Position numbers and translations under genes: made by a program. A DNA stretch of 32,000 bases from positions 210,001 through 242,000 of the forward strand of contig CP076101.2 of the NCBI GenBank assembly GCA_015256915.3, given 5' to 3'. Under the pieces are notes generated by a model. It was not told the origin of the DNA, did no database searches, and worked only from the letters and a program-made list of their open reading frames with translations. Of this stretch, positions 1 through 8,638 are shown one piece after another (positions within the stretch are counted from its first letter, which is position 1; each line of letters starts with the position of its first letter). The stretch comes from Candidatus Saccharimonas sp. GTDB taxonomy: Bacteria; Patescibacteriota; Saccharimonadia; Saccharimonadales; Saccharimonadaceae.

Positions 1-1028
1 ACTGGATTTTTTCGAAATCATTACAATTCTTTATCTTTTCTCTAATTTTATGTGTAGCTCTTGCAGGTTTAGCGTTGTTTAATCTTCCTCCTGTAATTTG
101 TGAAAATGGAGCTTGTCGCTGGTTTGGCTTTTCTGGTTTCAGTTTTCAGCAAGCTGAGTTTTTAAAGATTGGCGTGATTTTGCTTCTTTCAACTTTCCTT
201 GGCGCTCAAGCTTCGAATGGAAAAATCAACAGTTATAAAGAAACGATTCTACCGGCTTCAGTTGTGATTATTGCGGTGCTTTTGGTGATTGCTGGTTTTC
301 AAAAAGATCTTGGAACGGCAACGACAATTATTATCGCAATTGCATTTCAGTTTATTATTGCAGGAATGAAGTCTAAAAAATTAATTCCAATTGGTGTGTT
401 GGTTTTGGTTGGGGTTGTTCTTCTGATTGTTTTCGAACCTCATCGAATTTCTCGAATTTTAACTTTTTCGAGTGGCGATTGTAGCAACATTTTAACTGAA
501 AGTGGTAAAGATCAATACCATATTTGTAATGCAAAGCTCGCAATTGGCTCGGGCGGAGTTTTGGGCTTAGGGATTGGAAATTCAGTTCAATCTGCTGGCT
601 ATTTGCCTGAAACCATTAATGACTCAATTTTTGCCGTAATGGGAGAAATGTTTGGTTTTGTCGGTTTAATTTTTATTATTGCAATTTATTTCGGGCTGTT
701 TTATCAGCTTCTTGTAATTATTTCAAAAATGGAAAACCCCGCGAGCCGCCTTTTTGTGGCCGGTGTTGCTGGGTGGCTAGCTTCGCAAACAATTATTAAT
801 ATTGCAGCGATGGTTGGGCTATTTCCACTTAAAGGTATTACAATTCCGTTAATTTCTTATGGTGGAACGAGTTTGGTTGTTATTTTGACAGTTCTTGGTG
901 TTGTGTTTAATATTTCGAATTACACATCATTTACTCAAGTTGAAGATTTTAAGGAGGAAGGCAATGAAAATATTGGCAGTCGGCGGCGGGTCAGGCGGTC
1001 ACGTAGTTCCAATCGTGGCAGTTTTTAA
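1..1028 (+). CDS. ftsW: FtsW/RodA-type SEDS peptidoglycan polymerase, 5' end outside the window
   Basis: The frame is open from base 3, with no stop before the TTG at 75 used by the ORF track. Multi-TM protein with SEDS C-terminal motifs (GSGGVLGLGIGNS, YLPETINDSIFAVMGE, PLKGITIPLISYGGTS). Lies directly upstream of murG, as in dcw clusters. Confidence 0.85.
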   Translation, partial: WIFSKSLQFFIFSLILCVALAGLALFNLPPVICENGACRWFGFSGFSFQQAEFLKIGVILLLSTFLGAQASNGKINSYKETILPASVVIIAVLLVIAGFQKDLGTATTIIIAIAFQFIIAGMKSKKLIPIGVLVLVGVVLLIVFEPHRISRILTFSSGDCSNILTESGKDQYHICNAKLAIGSGGVLGLGIGNSVQSAGYLPETINDSIFAVMGEMFGFVGLIFIIAIYFGLFYQLLVIISKMENPASRLFVAGVAGWLASQTIINIAAMVGLFPLKGITIPLISYGGTSLVVILTVLGVVFNISNYTSFTQVEDFKEEGNENIGSRRRVRRSRSSNRGSF

Positions 1029-2121
1029 AGAAATTTTAAAGAAAAATCCAAAAGTAGAATTACATTTTTGGTGTGATAAAAAATTTGCACCACAGGCTAA
1101 AAAAATAATGACTGATTCTTTTGGTGAAAGAGTTAAAATTTCAAAAATTTCAAGTGGGAAATTTCGCCGCTACAATCACTTAACTTTTTGGCAGCATCTT
1201 ACAATTCCAAGTGTTGTTTTTGGTAATCTTATAGATATTTTTCGAAATATTGCCGGTATTTTTCAGTCTTTTTTCAAACTATTTTTTTGGCAACCAGATG
1301 TTATTTTCTGCAAAGGCGGGTTTGTTTGTGTTCCTGTTGGAATAAGCGCTTGGATTTTGAGAATTCCAATTGTAATTCATGATTCTGATGCTCACCCAGG
1401 TTTAGCTAATCGTATTATTTCAAAATTTGCTAAAAGAATTGCAACAGGCGCACCGCTCGAATTTTATAATTATCCAAAAGAAATTTCAAAATATGTTGGA
1501 ATTCCAGTACTTGAAAATTTTAAAAAATATAGCAAAAAAGAACAAGATAATTTTAAGGTTGAGCTCGGGTTTTCGAAAGATAAGCCTCTTGTTTTAGTTA
1601 CTGGTGGCGGTCTTGGTGCAGCTCGGCTTAATAATGCGGTAGTTTCGAAGGGTGAGGAACTTTCAAAATCTGCTCAAATTGTTCTAATCTCTGGCGTATC
1701 TCAATTTGATGAACTTAAGAGAAAAACTGAGGGATTTTCGAAGGATTTTTACTTGTTAAGTTTTGTATCAAAAGATATGTGGAAGTTTTTAGCTGCTGCA
1801 GATTTGGTTGTTGCTCGGGCTGGTGCAACTTCCAACCTTGAACTTGCCGCGCTTCACAAGCCAACAATCCTTGTTCCAAATGCAAGATTAACGGGCGGGC
1901 ATCAATTAAAAAATGCGCAGGTTTATCAAAAATCTAATGCTGTTAAGATTGTTTCTGACGATGAAATTGAAAAAAATCCAGAAATTCTTTCAGATGAAAT
2001 TTTGAGAACTTTAGAGAATCCAGAAGAAATGCTTAAGCTTGGTAAAGAATTTAGTAAATTTGCTAAGCCTAATGCTGCTAAAGATGTTACGGAAATGATT
2101 TTTGAAGCCGCAAAGCTATAA
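964..2121 (+). CDS. murG: UDP-N-acetylglucosamine:lipid I GlcNAc transferase MurG
   Basis: ATG at 964 lies 6 nt after AAGGAGG (951-957). N-terminal MKILAVGGGSGGHVVP loop, with TGGGLGA, ARAGATS.LE and GGHQ..NA motifs typical of MurG. The TTG at 895 in the ORF track lies upstream of the RBS and inside ftsW. Confidence 0.9.
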   Translation: MKILAVGGGSGGHVVPIVAVFKEILKKNPKVELHFWCDKKFAPQAKKIMTDSFGERVKISKISSGKFRRYNHLTFWQHLTIPSVVFGNLIDIFRNIAGIFQSFFKLFFWQPDVIFCKGGFVCVPVGISAWILRIPIVIHDSDAHPGLANRIISKFAKRIATGAPLEFYNYPKEISKYVGIPVLENFKKYSKKEQDNFKVELGFSKDKPLVLVTGGGLGAARLNNAVVSKGEELSKSAQIVLISGVSQFDELKRKTEGFSKDFYLLSFVSKDMWKFLAAADLVVARAGATSNLELAALHKPTILVPNARLTGGHQLKNAQVYQKSNAVKIVSDDEIEKNPEILSDEILRTLENPEEMLKLGKEFSKFAKPNAAKDVTEMIFEAAKL

Positions 2122-2136
2122 AAAATATTGAGCTTA

Positions 2137-2145
2137 TGATATAAT
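2137..2145 (+). promoter_or_regulatory. Extended -10 element TGATATAAT, 9 nt upstream of the ftsQ-like ATG
   Basis: TGnTATAAT at 2137-2145. The -35 is weak (TATAAA, 2117-2122). There is no Shine-Dalgarno sequence before ATG 2155, and an in-frame TAG at 2152-2154 excludes an earlier start. Confidence 0.4.
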
Positions 2146-2154
2146 TATAGTTAG

Positions 2155-3030
2155 ATGAAAGAAGAAAAAAACTTAACTCGACGCGAAATGCGCGAAAAAA
2201 TTTTAGAAGAACGCTCGAGAGAGAAGGGTGATTTTCGGCGTGGAAAAACAATTTCACGGCATCAAAAAGAGCATTCTGAGCGTTTAGAAAATCAAAAATT
2301 AGTTATTCGCCGAAGAAAGCTAGGCGCTTTTTTCGTGATTTTAGCTATTTTTATAAGTTTAATTTCTATATTTTTATTCCAGTTTATTTCTAAGGTTTCA
2401 GTAGTTTCAAATGAGTCGAAAAGTCAAAATTTAAGTAAATATGAAAAATCGGTTGAAGAATATTTAAATATAAATCCGAGTGAACGAATCTTATTAAATT
2501 TAAATAAAAACGCTTTACTTGAAAGCCTTCAAAAAGATTATCCAGAAGTATTATCTATTTCGGATATTAAATTTAATAGTTTAACCTCATATAAAATTTA
2601 TCTTGATTTTCGAAAACCTGTTGCTTCTTGGTTGGTTGATGGTAAAGAATTTTTCGTTGATTCTGAAGGTGTATCTTTTAATATTAATAATTTTGAAAAA
2701 CCGTCACTAAATATAATTGATGATAGCGGTGCTATAGTTTCTAACGGTAAAAATGTTGCAAGCAGTAGCTTTTTTAGCTTTATTGGAAAACTAGTTTCTG
2801 CTGCAAACAAACAGGGGCTAGAGATTTCGAAAATTCGTATTCCGCCCCTTAGTTTACGACAGGTTGAAGTTTCTGTAAAAGGTGTAAGTTACTTTGCGAG
2901 GATGTCGACAGCCGATTCTGCAGAAGGGCAAATTATTAACTTTAAAAAGGCTATTGAATATTTTGGAACTCATAAAATTTCACCAAATTACATAGATCTA
3001 AGGATTGAAGGAAAAGGTTATTATAAATAA
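2155..3030 (+). CDS. ftsQ: FtsQ/DivIB-like cell division protein
   Basis: Basic N-terminus, a single TM (LGAFFVILAIFISLISIFLFQFI), then a POTRA-like segment (ISDIKFNSLTSYKIYLDFRKPVASWLVDGKEFFVDSEGVSF). Position after murG matches dcw cluster order. Confidence 0.6.
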   Translation: MKEEKNLTRREMREKILEERSREKGDFRRGKTISRHQKEHSERLENQKLVIRRRKLGAFFVILAIFISLISIFLFQFISKVSVVSNESKSQNLSKYEKSVEEYLNINPSERILLNLNKNALLESLQKDYPEVLSISDIKFNSLTSYKIYLDFRKPVASWLVDGKEFFVDSEGVSFNINNFEKPSLNIIDDSGAIVSNGKNVASSSFFSFIGKLVSAANKQGLEISKIRIPPLSLRQVEVSVKGVSYFARMSTADSAEGQIINFKKAIEYFGTHKISPNYIDLRIEGKGYYK

Positions 3031-3049
3031 TAACAAAAAAGAGAAGAGG

Positions 3050-3066
3050 TTTGTTCGCTTTTTGTT
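3050..3066. repeat. Left arm of a 17-bp perfect inverted repeat (TTTGTTCGCTTTTTGTT)
   Basis: Exact reverse complement of 3805-3821. The two arms sit at the two edges of the AT-rich island between ftsQ and the DUF3048 gene. Confidence 0.6.
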
Positions 3067-3078
3067 CTATGCTATAAT
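3050..3078 (+). promoter_or_regulatory. Possible promoter firing into the AT-rich spacer
   Basis: TTGTTC (3051-3056), 16-nt spacer, extended -10 TGCTATAAT (3070-3078). No ORF follows for about 450 nt. Confidence 0.3.
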
Positions 3079-3452
3079 TAAGAATAAGAAGAGCAGGGAA
3101 AAATATAAAAAACATATTATAATATTAAAAAATAAAAAAGTCAAATTGTCAAAAAATAAATAAGGTAGGGGTGTGGAAAATTATTTTTTATCTGTCAGAA
3201 AAGATGAATATTTGAGAAATTAAGCTCAAAGAATTTTTAAATTATATAAGGAAAATATTTTTTGTAATTCCCGCTCTTTCCTTGTTAATAATTTACTTGA
3301 TTATAATCTATATGGATTTATTTTATATAAATTCTTTTTGTGGAATATAATAAAATAAGCCCTACGCAGTATAAATACAAATAGTAATATTTAAGTTTAT
3401 ATTTAAGAGTTATTTTTACATATAATGTCGTAAAAGATATATTGTGCGACCC

Positions 3453-3480
3453 TTGACATAAATTCTCTTTTTGATATAAT
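3453..3480 (+). promoter_or_regulatory. Near-consensus sigma70-type promoter of the 77-aa ORF
   Basis: TTGACA (3453-3458), 16-nt spacer, TGATATAAT (3472-3480). AAGGA sits about 9 nt before ATG 3531. Confidence 0.7.
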
Positions 3481-3530
3481 GTCCTTGTAAATATAAAATA
3501 ATTTTAATAAAATATAAGGAAAAAAATTTT

Positions 3531-3764
3531 ATGAACAAGAATCAATTAAATGAAGATAATATTATTTCAGCAGTTGCCCGCGTAGCTCTTAAAACCCAAG
3601 AATCACCAAAAACTGGTAATCTATATACTACTATAACTCTACATTTTAAAAACGGTCTTGAAATCCGTTATTTTGTAGATCCTAAAGATAAATTTGGTCT
3701 TAAAGATGCTATTTCTCGAATATCTCAATCAGATAAAATTGATAATTTTCTAAATGAGGACTAA
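3531..3764 (+). CDS. Hypothetical small soluble protein (77 aa)
   Basis: ATG with an AAGGA RBS, a consensus promoter upstream and a hairpin downstream. No TM segment, and I recognise no family. Confidence 0.55.
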   Translation: MNKNQLNEDNIISAVARVALKTQESPKTGNLYTTITLHFKNGLEIRYFVDPKDKFGLKDAISRISQSDKIDNFLNED

Positions 3765-3791
3765 CAGCTTATGTGAAACTTAAACTGTTAG
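3761..3791. terminator. Weak hairpin between the convergent 77-aa ORF and the DUF3048 gene
   Basis: CTAACAG (3761-3767) pairs with CTGTTAG (3785-3791). The loop is 17 nt and there is no clear U-run, so this is weak. Confidence 0.3.
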
Positions 3792-3804
3792 CCCAAAAAT
3801 CGCA

Positions 3805-3821
3805 AACAAAAAGCGAACAAA
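3805..3821. repeat. Right arm of the 17-bp inverted repeat (AACAAAAAGCGAACAAA)
   Basis: Exact reverse complement of 3050-3066. Confidence 0.6.
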
Positions 3822-3835
3822 AATAGAATACGTGT

Positions 3836-5014
3836 TTACTGCCAGCCTATTGAGCCCGTTGAATTTCCGACGGTAACAATCCAAGATTGGCCTCGATTTA
3901 TTTTAAAATTTGAACCATCATTATTTTGTAAAATCAATGGGGAGCCTTCGCTTAATTTTATCCATTTTACCTCTTGAGCTACTCCATCTTGAAATACAAT
4001 CGCTTCTCCACTACCAATATTTCTGTAGGTATTATGATATCGGTCTGCAGCTAGCTTGTTTTCCATTTTTAAAACAATTAGGGATTTAGTTGAGATTTGA
4101 GTTCCATTCGCATCTGTATGAGTAACTCCGGCCTGACTTCGCAAATAGCAATTACAGTTTTCTTGGTAAACATAGGTTGAATTATAAGAAAAACCTGAAA
4201 TATTAACCTGAATTTGGGTTGCATTTTTATCTTTTGCTGGTGAATCTTCTTTTCGACTAAAACCTTCAAAATTCGAAGAATTCCAACCCTTCGAAGAGCC
4301 TAATGCTGATAAATTTGTAAAATTCGTATAGACATTATGAGGTGCATAGCGATTTTTTGAACGCCAAAAGGTTTGCGTATTTAAGAATTCATCCATATCT
4401 TTATGTTTGCCGTCTCGCATTCTTGCCAAAGCGTCTCCCGGGCCACCAACATGAGCAATCGAGGCATCAAATCCTGAAGCCCAATCAATATAATAACCGC
4501 GAACGCTCCTAACGGGCCCTAATAGCTTAGGCTTATTTTGCTGATATAGAGCCAAGAAACGTGTAATTCCACCTTCAGCTATTGCTTCGAAAACGACTTC
4601 AGCTTGGCTTAGTCCAGATTGCGGTCTTGCTGGAATTGAGTTTTCAATCATAACACCAAAGACTGGTGCATTTTCGAGTGATTTTTCAGAAACCTCAACT
4701 CCAGATAATTTTGAATAAAATTTTTCTGGTTTAGCTTTCTTTTTTGGTTCGGTTTTTTGGCTTTTTGGGTCTAGATTTTTCACGGGTGCGCTTTCTGGTT
4801 TTCTAAAAAAGAACAAAAAGCTAAAAATAGTAACCAAAACTAAAAATATTATACCAATAATTAAACTAATTTTTTGTTTTTTTGATAATTTCGAAAGTAA
4901 AAAACGTGATTTTTTAGGATTCTCTAATAAAGCTTTCTCTTTTTGAGGATTTTTCTTTATTTTTTCAATATTTTTCTCGGCTTTATCTTGGCGAGTTCTC
5001 TTCATTTCAATCAT
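3836..5014 (-). CDS. DUF3048 (YerB-like) membrane-anchored protein
   Basis: N-terminal TM anchor, then the DUF3048 core (VFGVMIENSIPARPQSGLSQAEVVFEAIAEGGITRFLALYQ, GPVRSVRGYYIDWA). Confidence 0.8.
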   Translation of the reverse strand: MIEMKRTRQDKAEKNIEKIKKNPQKEKALLENPKKSRFLLSKLSKKQKISLIIGIIFLVLVTIFSFLFFFRKPESAPVKNLDPKSQKTEPKKKAKPEKFYSKLSGVEVSEKSLENAPVFGVMIENSIPARPQSGLSQAEVVFEAIAEGGITRFLALYQQNKPKLLGPVRSVRGYYIDWASGFDASIAHVGGPGDALARMRDGKHKDMDEFLNTQTFWRSKNRYAPHNVYTNFTNLSALGSSKGWNSSNFEGFSRKEDSPAKDKNATQIQVNISGFSYNSTYVYQENCNCYLRSQAGVTHTDANGTQISTKSLIVLKMENKLAADRYHNTYRNIGSGEAIVFQDGVAQEVKWIKLSEGSPLILQNNDGSNFKINRGQSWIVTVGNSTGSIGWQ

Positions 5015-5062
5015 AAAAATCTCGTATTATAAAATCAATTATAATACTTATGTTTTTAAAAA

Positions 5063-5869
5063 TCAAGATGAGATTGCTGTAATTGCAGCTTTTGACCTCT
5101 GGTTTTTATTCCAGATTTGCCAAACTGCAATTTTTGTTGGAATTTCACCCGACCAAATTTGGATAGGTGAAAGCTTGCCTAAGTTTAAAGTAGAATTTAG
5201 TGGAGATGAAAAAACTTCACCATTTTCAGAAATAATAAAATTTTCGTTATTTAAAGTTAAAATTTGTGCAGGATAAGAAAGTGTAAATTTATGAAGAACT
5301 TCAACAATATTCGAAAGATTCATCGAGAAAGTTAGAACTTTTGGGTAAAAAACTTTCGAAAAAATCTTTTGAAGTTGTGCAAAGCTTGCCAAGATACTTA
5401 TATTTTCTTTTAATAAAATCTCACTAAAAGAATCAAGTAAAATATCGACTGCATCACGAGTGATAAAAACAGGCTTCTCACTTTCAAGAATAAATTTTTC
5501 GAAAAGAATTGCCGTTTCGGAGTTTTTGTTTGTGTCGCCAATAAATAAAATAGAATCCGCCCACTTTTCACCAGCTTTAAAATCCTCCCAAGCTTCATTC
5601 GAAAATCCACCAGAAAGATTACTTTTTGTGAATATTAGCTCGCTTGAATTAATTTTAATGTCTTTTTTTAAACTATCTGGTAATAAAATTCGAACCTCCC
5701 CAACACCAGTCTTTAAAGCAGTTTGGTGGGAAGTTGCAAGTCCGCGAAAAGCCCCTGCCCCGCCACCGATAATCAAAAGTTTGCCCGCATGTGCTTTTTG
5801 CTCGGGTTTATTCCAGGCAATTTCAGGAAAAAGTAATTTCGAAGATTGAACTTGCCAAAAATCAAACAT
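5063..5869 (-). CDS. YjeF_C-like carbohydrate-kinase-fold protein (NAD(P)HX dehydratase-related, divergent)
   Basis: HAGKLLIIGGGAGAFRGLATSHQTALKTGVGEVRILLP resembles the YjeF C-terminal domain signature. Overlaps the xth stop by 8 nt, suggesting one operon. Confidence 0.5.
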   Translation of the reverse strand: MFDFWQVQSSKLLFPEIAWNKPEQKAHAGKLLIIGGGAGAFRGLATSHQTALKTGVGEVRILLPDSLKKDIKINSSELIFTKSNLSGGFSNEAWEDFKAGEKWADSILFIGDTNKNSETAILFEKFILESEKPVFITRDAVDILLDSFSEILLKENISILASFAQLQKIFSKVFYPKVLTFSMNLSNIVEVLHKFTLSYPAQILTLNNENFIISENGEVFSSPLNSTLNLGKLSPIQIWSGEIPTKIAVWQIWNKNQRSKAAITAISS

Positions 5870-6746
5870 CTTTAAGCTCCAGCGAAATTGGACAATGATC
5901 GCTCCCTATAATTTCGTTATGAATTTTGGCTTTATTTTTTTCTGAATTTAATGATTTTGAAACAACAAAATAGTCAATCCGCCAGCCAACATTTCGTTCG
6001 CGAGATTTTGCAAAATGACTCCACCAGGTGTAGATTTCAGCCTTTTCTGGGTTTTGATTTCGAAAAATATCAAATAAATCGGCTTTTAAGAAATTAGAAA
6101 ATCCAATTCGCTCTTCATCTGTGAAACCGTGTTTTCCGCGATTGGCTTTTGGGTTTGAAAGGTCAATTTCCTCATGCGCAACATTTAAGTCACCACAAAA
6201 GATAACCGAACTTGAATTAAAAATATCTTGTGGATTTTCTTCAATAATTTCTAAATTTTCTGCAAAATCTTCTCTTGAAAATTCGCCATTTTCTAGACCT
6301 TTCGAAAAAGCCAGAAAGGCTGCATCCCAATTTTCTCGCAATTTCAAGCGGCCTAAATCGTTTTTAGTATTTGGAGTATAAACTGTAATTAGCCAAAAAT
6401 TATTAAATTTTGCAGCACAAATTCGTCCTTCGGTTGTAGCATCGCCAAAATTATCGCTGAGTTCAAAATTTTCTAAAATTTTTTTTGGAAAATTTCGCAA
6501 AATTGCTTGCGGTTTTTGCTTTGACCAGATTGCCGTTCCCGCATAACCTTTTCGTTCGGCATGAGAGTAAAATTTAAAATATTCAGGATATTTTTCGTCA
6601 AAATTCTCTTTCGAAATTTGCGTTTCATCAATTTTAATTTCTTGAAAACATGCGATATCCGGATTTTTTACGCTTAAAAATTCAGCTAAATTGCCTTTTT
6701 TTTCGACCGCACGAATTCCATTAACATTCCAAGAAAAAATTTTCAT
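5862..6746 (-). CDS. xth: Exodeoxyribonuclease III / AP endonuclease
   Basis: MKIFSWNVNGIRA N-terminus, with CFQE, GDLNVAHEEID and SDHCPI motifs of the ExoIII/EEP family. Confidence 0.9.
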   Translation of the reverse strand: MKIFSWNVNGIRAVEKKGNLAEFLSVKNPDIACFQEIKIDETQISKENFDEKYPEYFKFYSHAERKGYAGTAIWSKQKPQAILRNFPKKILENFELSDNFGDATTEGRICAAKFNNFWLITVYTPNTKNDLGRLKLRENWDAAFLAFSKGLENGEFSREDFAENLEIIEENPQDIFNSSSVIFCGDLNVAHEEIDLSNPKANRGKHGFTDEERIGFSNFLKADLFDIFRNQNPEKAEIYTWWSHFAKSRERNVGWRIDYFVVSKSLNSEKNKAKIHNEIIGSDHCPISLELKDV

Positions 6747-7226
6747 CTAATACCTCTTTAACATTCTTGCATTTTCGCGTTCAGATTGGCGACGTTTTAA
6801 AGTTTCGCGCTTGTCATATTGTTTTTTACCTTTTCCGAGCGCAATCACGATTTTAATAAAGCGACCTTCGGCTAAAATTTTAACTGGCACAATTGTAAAG
6901 CCTGCCTTCTTTTGGCTCGAAAAATCCTCAATTTGTTTGCGAGTTGCGAGTAGCTTTTTTGGCGAAGTGTCAATTGCGTCGGCTTTCGAAATTCCCTCGC
7001 CCTGATTTTTGAGTGAAAAACTTGCATTATTGAGCCAAAGCTCTTCACCTTTTTGCCCATTTCGAAGAGTCACGAAAGCGCCCTTTAAACTAACGCGGCC
7101 ATCACGCACCGCACGAACTTCAACTCCACGCAAGCTCATTCCAGCAACAAGCTCGTCGCCAAGTTCATAATCGAATCGCGCTCGACGATTAACAATATTT
7201 TTAGCAGAAGTTTTTGGTTTTTTCAT
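6747..7226 (-). CDS. smpB: SsrA-binding protein SmpB
   Basis: NRRARFDYELGDELVAGMSLRGVEVRAVRDGRVSLKGAFV is the SmpB core. Start placed at the internal ATG 7226, because the promoter at 7234-7262 lies inside the longer ORF-track version (7262). Confidence 0.88.
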   Translation of the reverse strand: MKKPKTSAKNIVNRRARFDYELGDELVAGMSLRGVEVRAVRDGRVSLKGAFVTLRNGQKGEELWLNNASFSLKNQGEGISKADAIDTSPKKLLATRKQIEDFSSQKKAGFTIVPVKILAEGRFIKIVIALGKGKKQYDKRETLKRRQSERENARMLKRY

Positions 7227-7233
7227 CTTAAAA

Positions 7234-7262
7234 ATTATAACATTTTCAGCTATTTTTTTCAA
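7234..7262 (-). promoter_or_regulatory. Promoter of the smpB-xth operon, start codon 7 nt after the -10
   Basis: On the - strand: TTGAAA (7257-7262), 17-nt spacer, TGTTATAAT (7234-7242), then 7 nt to ATG 7226. Confidence 0.65.
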
Positions 7263-7315
7263 CCAAGCGTGTTAAAATAAGCTTAAGTATAAAATTTTAA
7301 GGAGAATAGCCTAAG

Positions 7316-8638
7316 TTATTTTTTCGATAAATCAATTAAAAATTTTACACCAATCTTACTCTTTTCTATTTTATATTTGATTTTGTAATTTGTTAAAATA
7401 TTTTTAACGATATAAAGTCCAAATCCACTACCCTTTTCTTTATTTAGGTCAAAATTTGTTTCAAAAATTTTAGCATTTCTGCTGTCTTTAATTTTCTGAT
7501 TTGAATTTTCAATATAAAACCAGTTATTCTTGACGCCAATATTTATTTGACCGTTTTGGTTGGAATGTTTTACGGCATTACTCACTAAATTTGAAAGAAT
7601 GATTTCTAATGCTGTTTCGCCAATATAAATTTCTTCTTGGCTCAGCTGGTTGTCTATTGAGATATTTTTTTGCTCGGCTAATAATTTATAGTTATCTAAA
7701 ACCTTTTGTAATACTTTATTGATATTGATAAGCTTCTCGTCATTTTTTATATTTTCGAATGAAGAGGTTGATAATATTTGAGCAATATTTTGAGTTAGCT
7801 GGTCAACGATATTAAGACAATCTTCAATAGATTTCTCTTTATTTTTATATTTACCAATGCCATATTTCATATTTTCGAGAATTATTTTGAGGCTTGCTAA
7901 TGGGGTTTTTAACTCGTGGGAAGTTCCTCTAAAAAACTCGCTTTTTAGTTTTTCGAGTTTAGTGATTTCTTGGTTTTTGATTTCTAGGCCATCAATTGAT
8001 TTTATAAGTGTTGAATATAAATCATTTATTTGGCTTTTTAGAGCGCCAACTTCATTTGTGGAATTAACTTTCAGCTTAGCATTTCGGTTAAGTTTCATCA
8101 TTTGAGCAGTTGTGGTTTTGATTTCATTGATATTCTTGGTTATAATTTTGGCGTATACTAAAGAAACGATAATTGAAAAAATGAAAGAAAATAAGATTGA
8201 AATTGGTAAGAACTGAAAAGTTAGCTCTTTTGCGTCTTTATTCATATCTGTTGTTGAGATAAATTTAACCAGTATTTTTTCGTTAGAAGCGGTCTGAACT
8301 TCTCTATCTTCAATAACTAAAGAGTTATTATTGCTGGTTAAATCTGCCTCAATCTGATTATCTATTTTAATTTCATTTAAATGTTCGTTATCTTTCACAA
8401 AAGCTTTAACTTTGCTACTTTTAGAATACAGCTCAAGTATTTGCTTGATACTTTCGATATTTTTTCCTTGGATATTCTTGGTGATTTGGTCTGCTTTTTG
8501 GGTGATTTCTTGCTTGCGGGTTTCAAGGTAGACTTTTGGAAAAATAAAATAAATTAATGCATGAATTAAAATAGCTAAAATACTCAATGTAGAAAATGTA
8601 TATAAAAACATCTTTGGAAAAATTTTCAAATTTCTCAT
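7316..8638 (-). CDS. Membrane sensor histidine kinase (two TM segments, roughly 110-aa extracytoplasmic loop)
   Basis: HisKA H-box FFRGTSHELKTPLASL, N-box LSNLVSNAVKHS, G-box GSGFGLYIVKNIL. The 4-nt overlap with the upstream response regulator indicates co-translation. Confidence 0.88.
   Translation of the reverse strand: MRNLKIFPKMFLYTFSTLSILAILIHALIYFIFPKVYLETRKQEITQKADQITKNIQGKNIESIKQILELYSKSSKVKAFVKDNEHLNEIKIDNQIEADLTSNNNSLVIEDREVQTASNEKILVKFISTTDMNKDAKELTFQFLPISILFSFIFSIIVSLVYAKIITKNINEIKTTTAQMMKLNRNAKLKVNSTNEVGALKSQINDLYSTLIKSIDGLEIKNQEITKLEKLKSEFFRGTSHELKTPLASLKIILENMKYGIGKYKNKEKSIEDCLNIVDQLTQNIAQILSTSSFENIKNDEKLININKVLQKVLDNYKLLAEQKNISIDNQLSQEEIYIGETALEIILSNLVSNAVKHSNQNGQINIGVKNNWFYIENSNQKIKDSRNAKIFETNFDLNKEKGSGFGLYIVKNILTNYKIKYKIEKSKIGVKFLIDLSKK

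Noticed and set aside
895-963. Longer 5' extensions offered by the ORF track: murG 895, smpB 7262, kinase 20691, GNAT 21564, metG 25020, yabE-like 27852, pilin A 30524, orphan 16455, MATE-like 16366.
   Set aside because: In each case a better ATG lies downstream, preceded by an RBS or an abutting -10 box. The extension would start upstream of the predicted promoter or inside the neighbouring gene.
3160-3350. The AT-rich spacer as a replication origin. It has DnaA-box-like words on the - strand (TGTGGAAAA at 3172-3180, TGTGGAATA at 3339-3347).
   Set aside because: There are only two degenerate boxes, and no dnaA or dnaN lies nearby. Genes converge on this spacer, the geometry expected near a terminus rather than an origin.
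3410-3452. A dif/Xer site in TTTTTACATATAATGTCGTAAAAGATATATTGTGCGAC.
   Set aside because: Only one arm loosely resembles the XerD half-site (TTATGTAAA-like). I could not align a second arm at the required 6-bp spacing.
5460-5849. Antisense ORFs in the track: 2598-2810, 4078-4269, 5410-5610, 5460-5849, 6121-6381, 6811-7005, 7857-8105, 9461-9649, 10499-10780, 10861-11085, 11827-12141, 12938-13298, 13420-13725, 14456-14743, 15850-16350, 16515-16877, 17825-18016, 19439-19633, 20318-20659, 21042-21251, 21985-22185, 22664-23017, 24222-24992, 25842-26430, 27188-27370, 28174-28794, 29781-29969 and 30059-30247.
   Set aside because: All lie inside, and mostly opposite to, longer ORFs with clear family signatures. 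They have low-complexity F/L/S/K-rich translations and no RBS or promoter, so they are shadow ORFs typical of AT-rich DNA.
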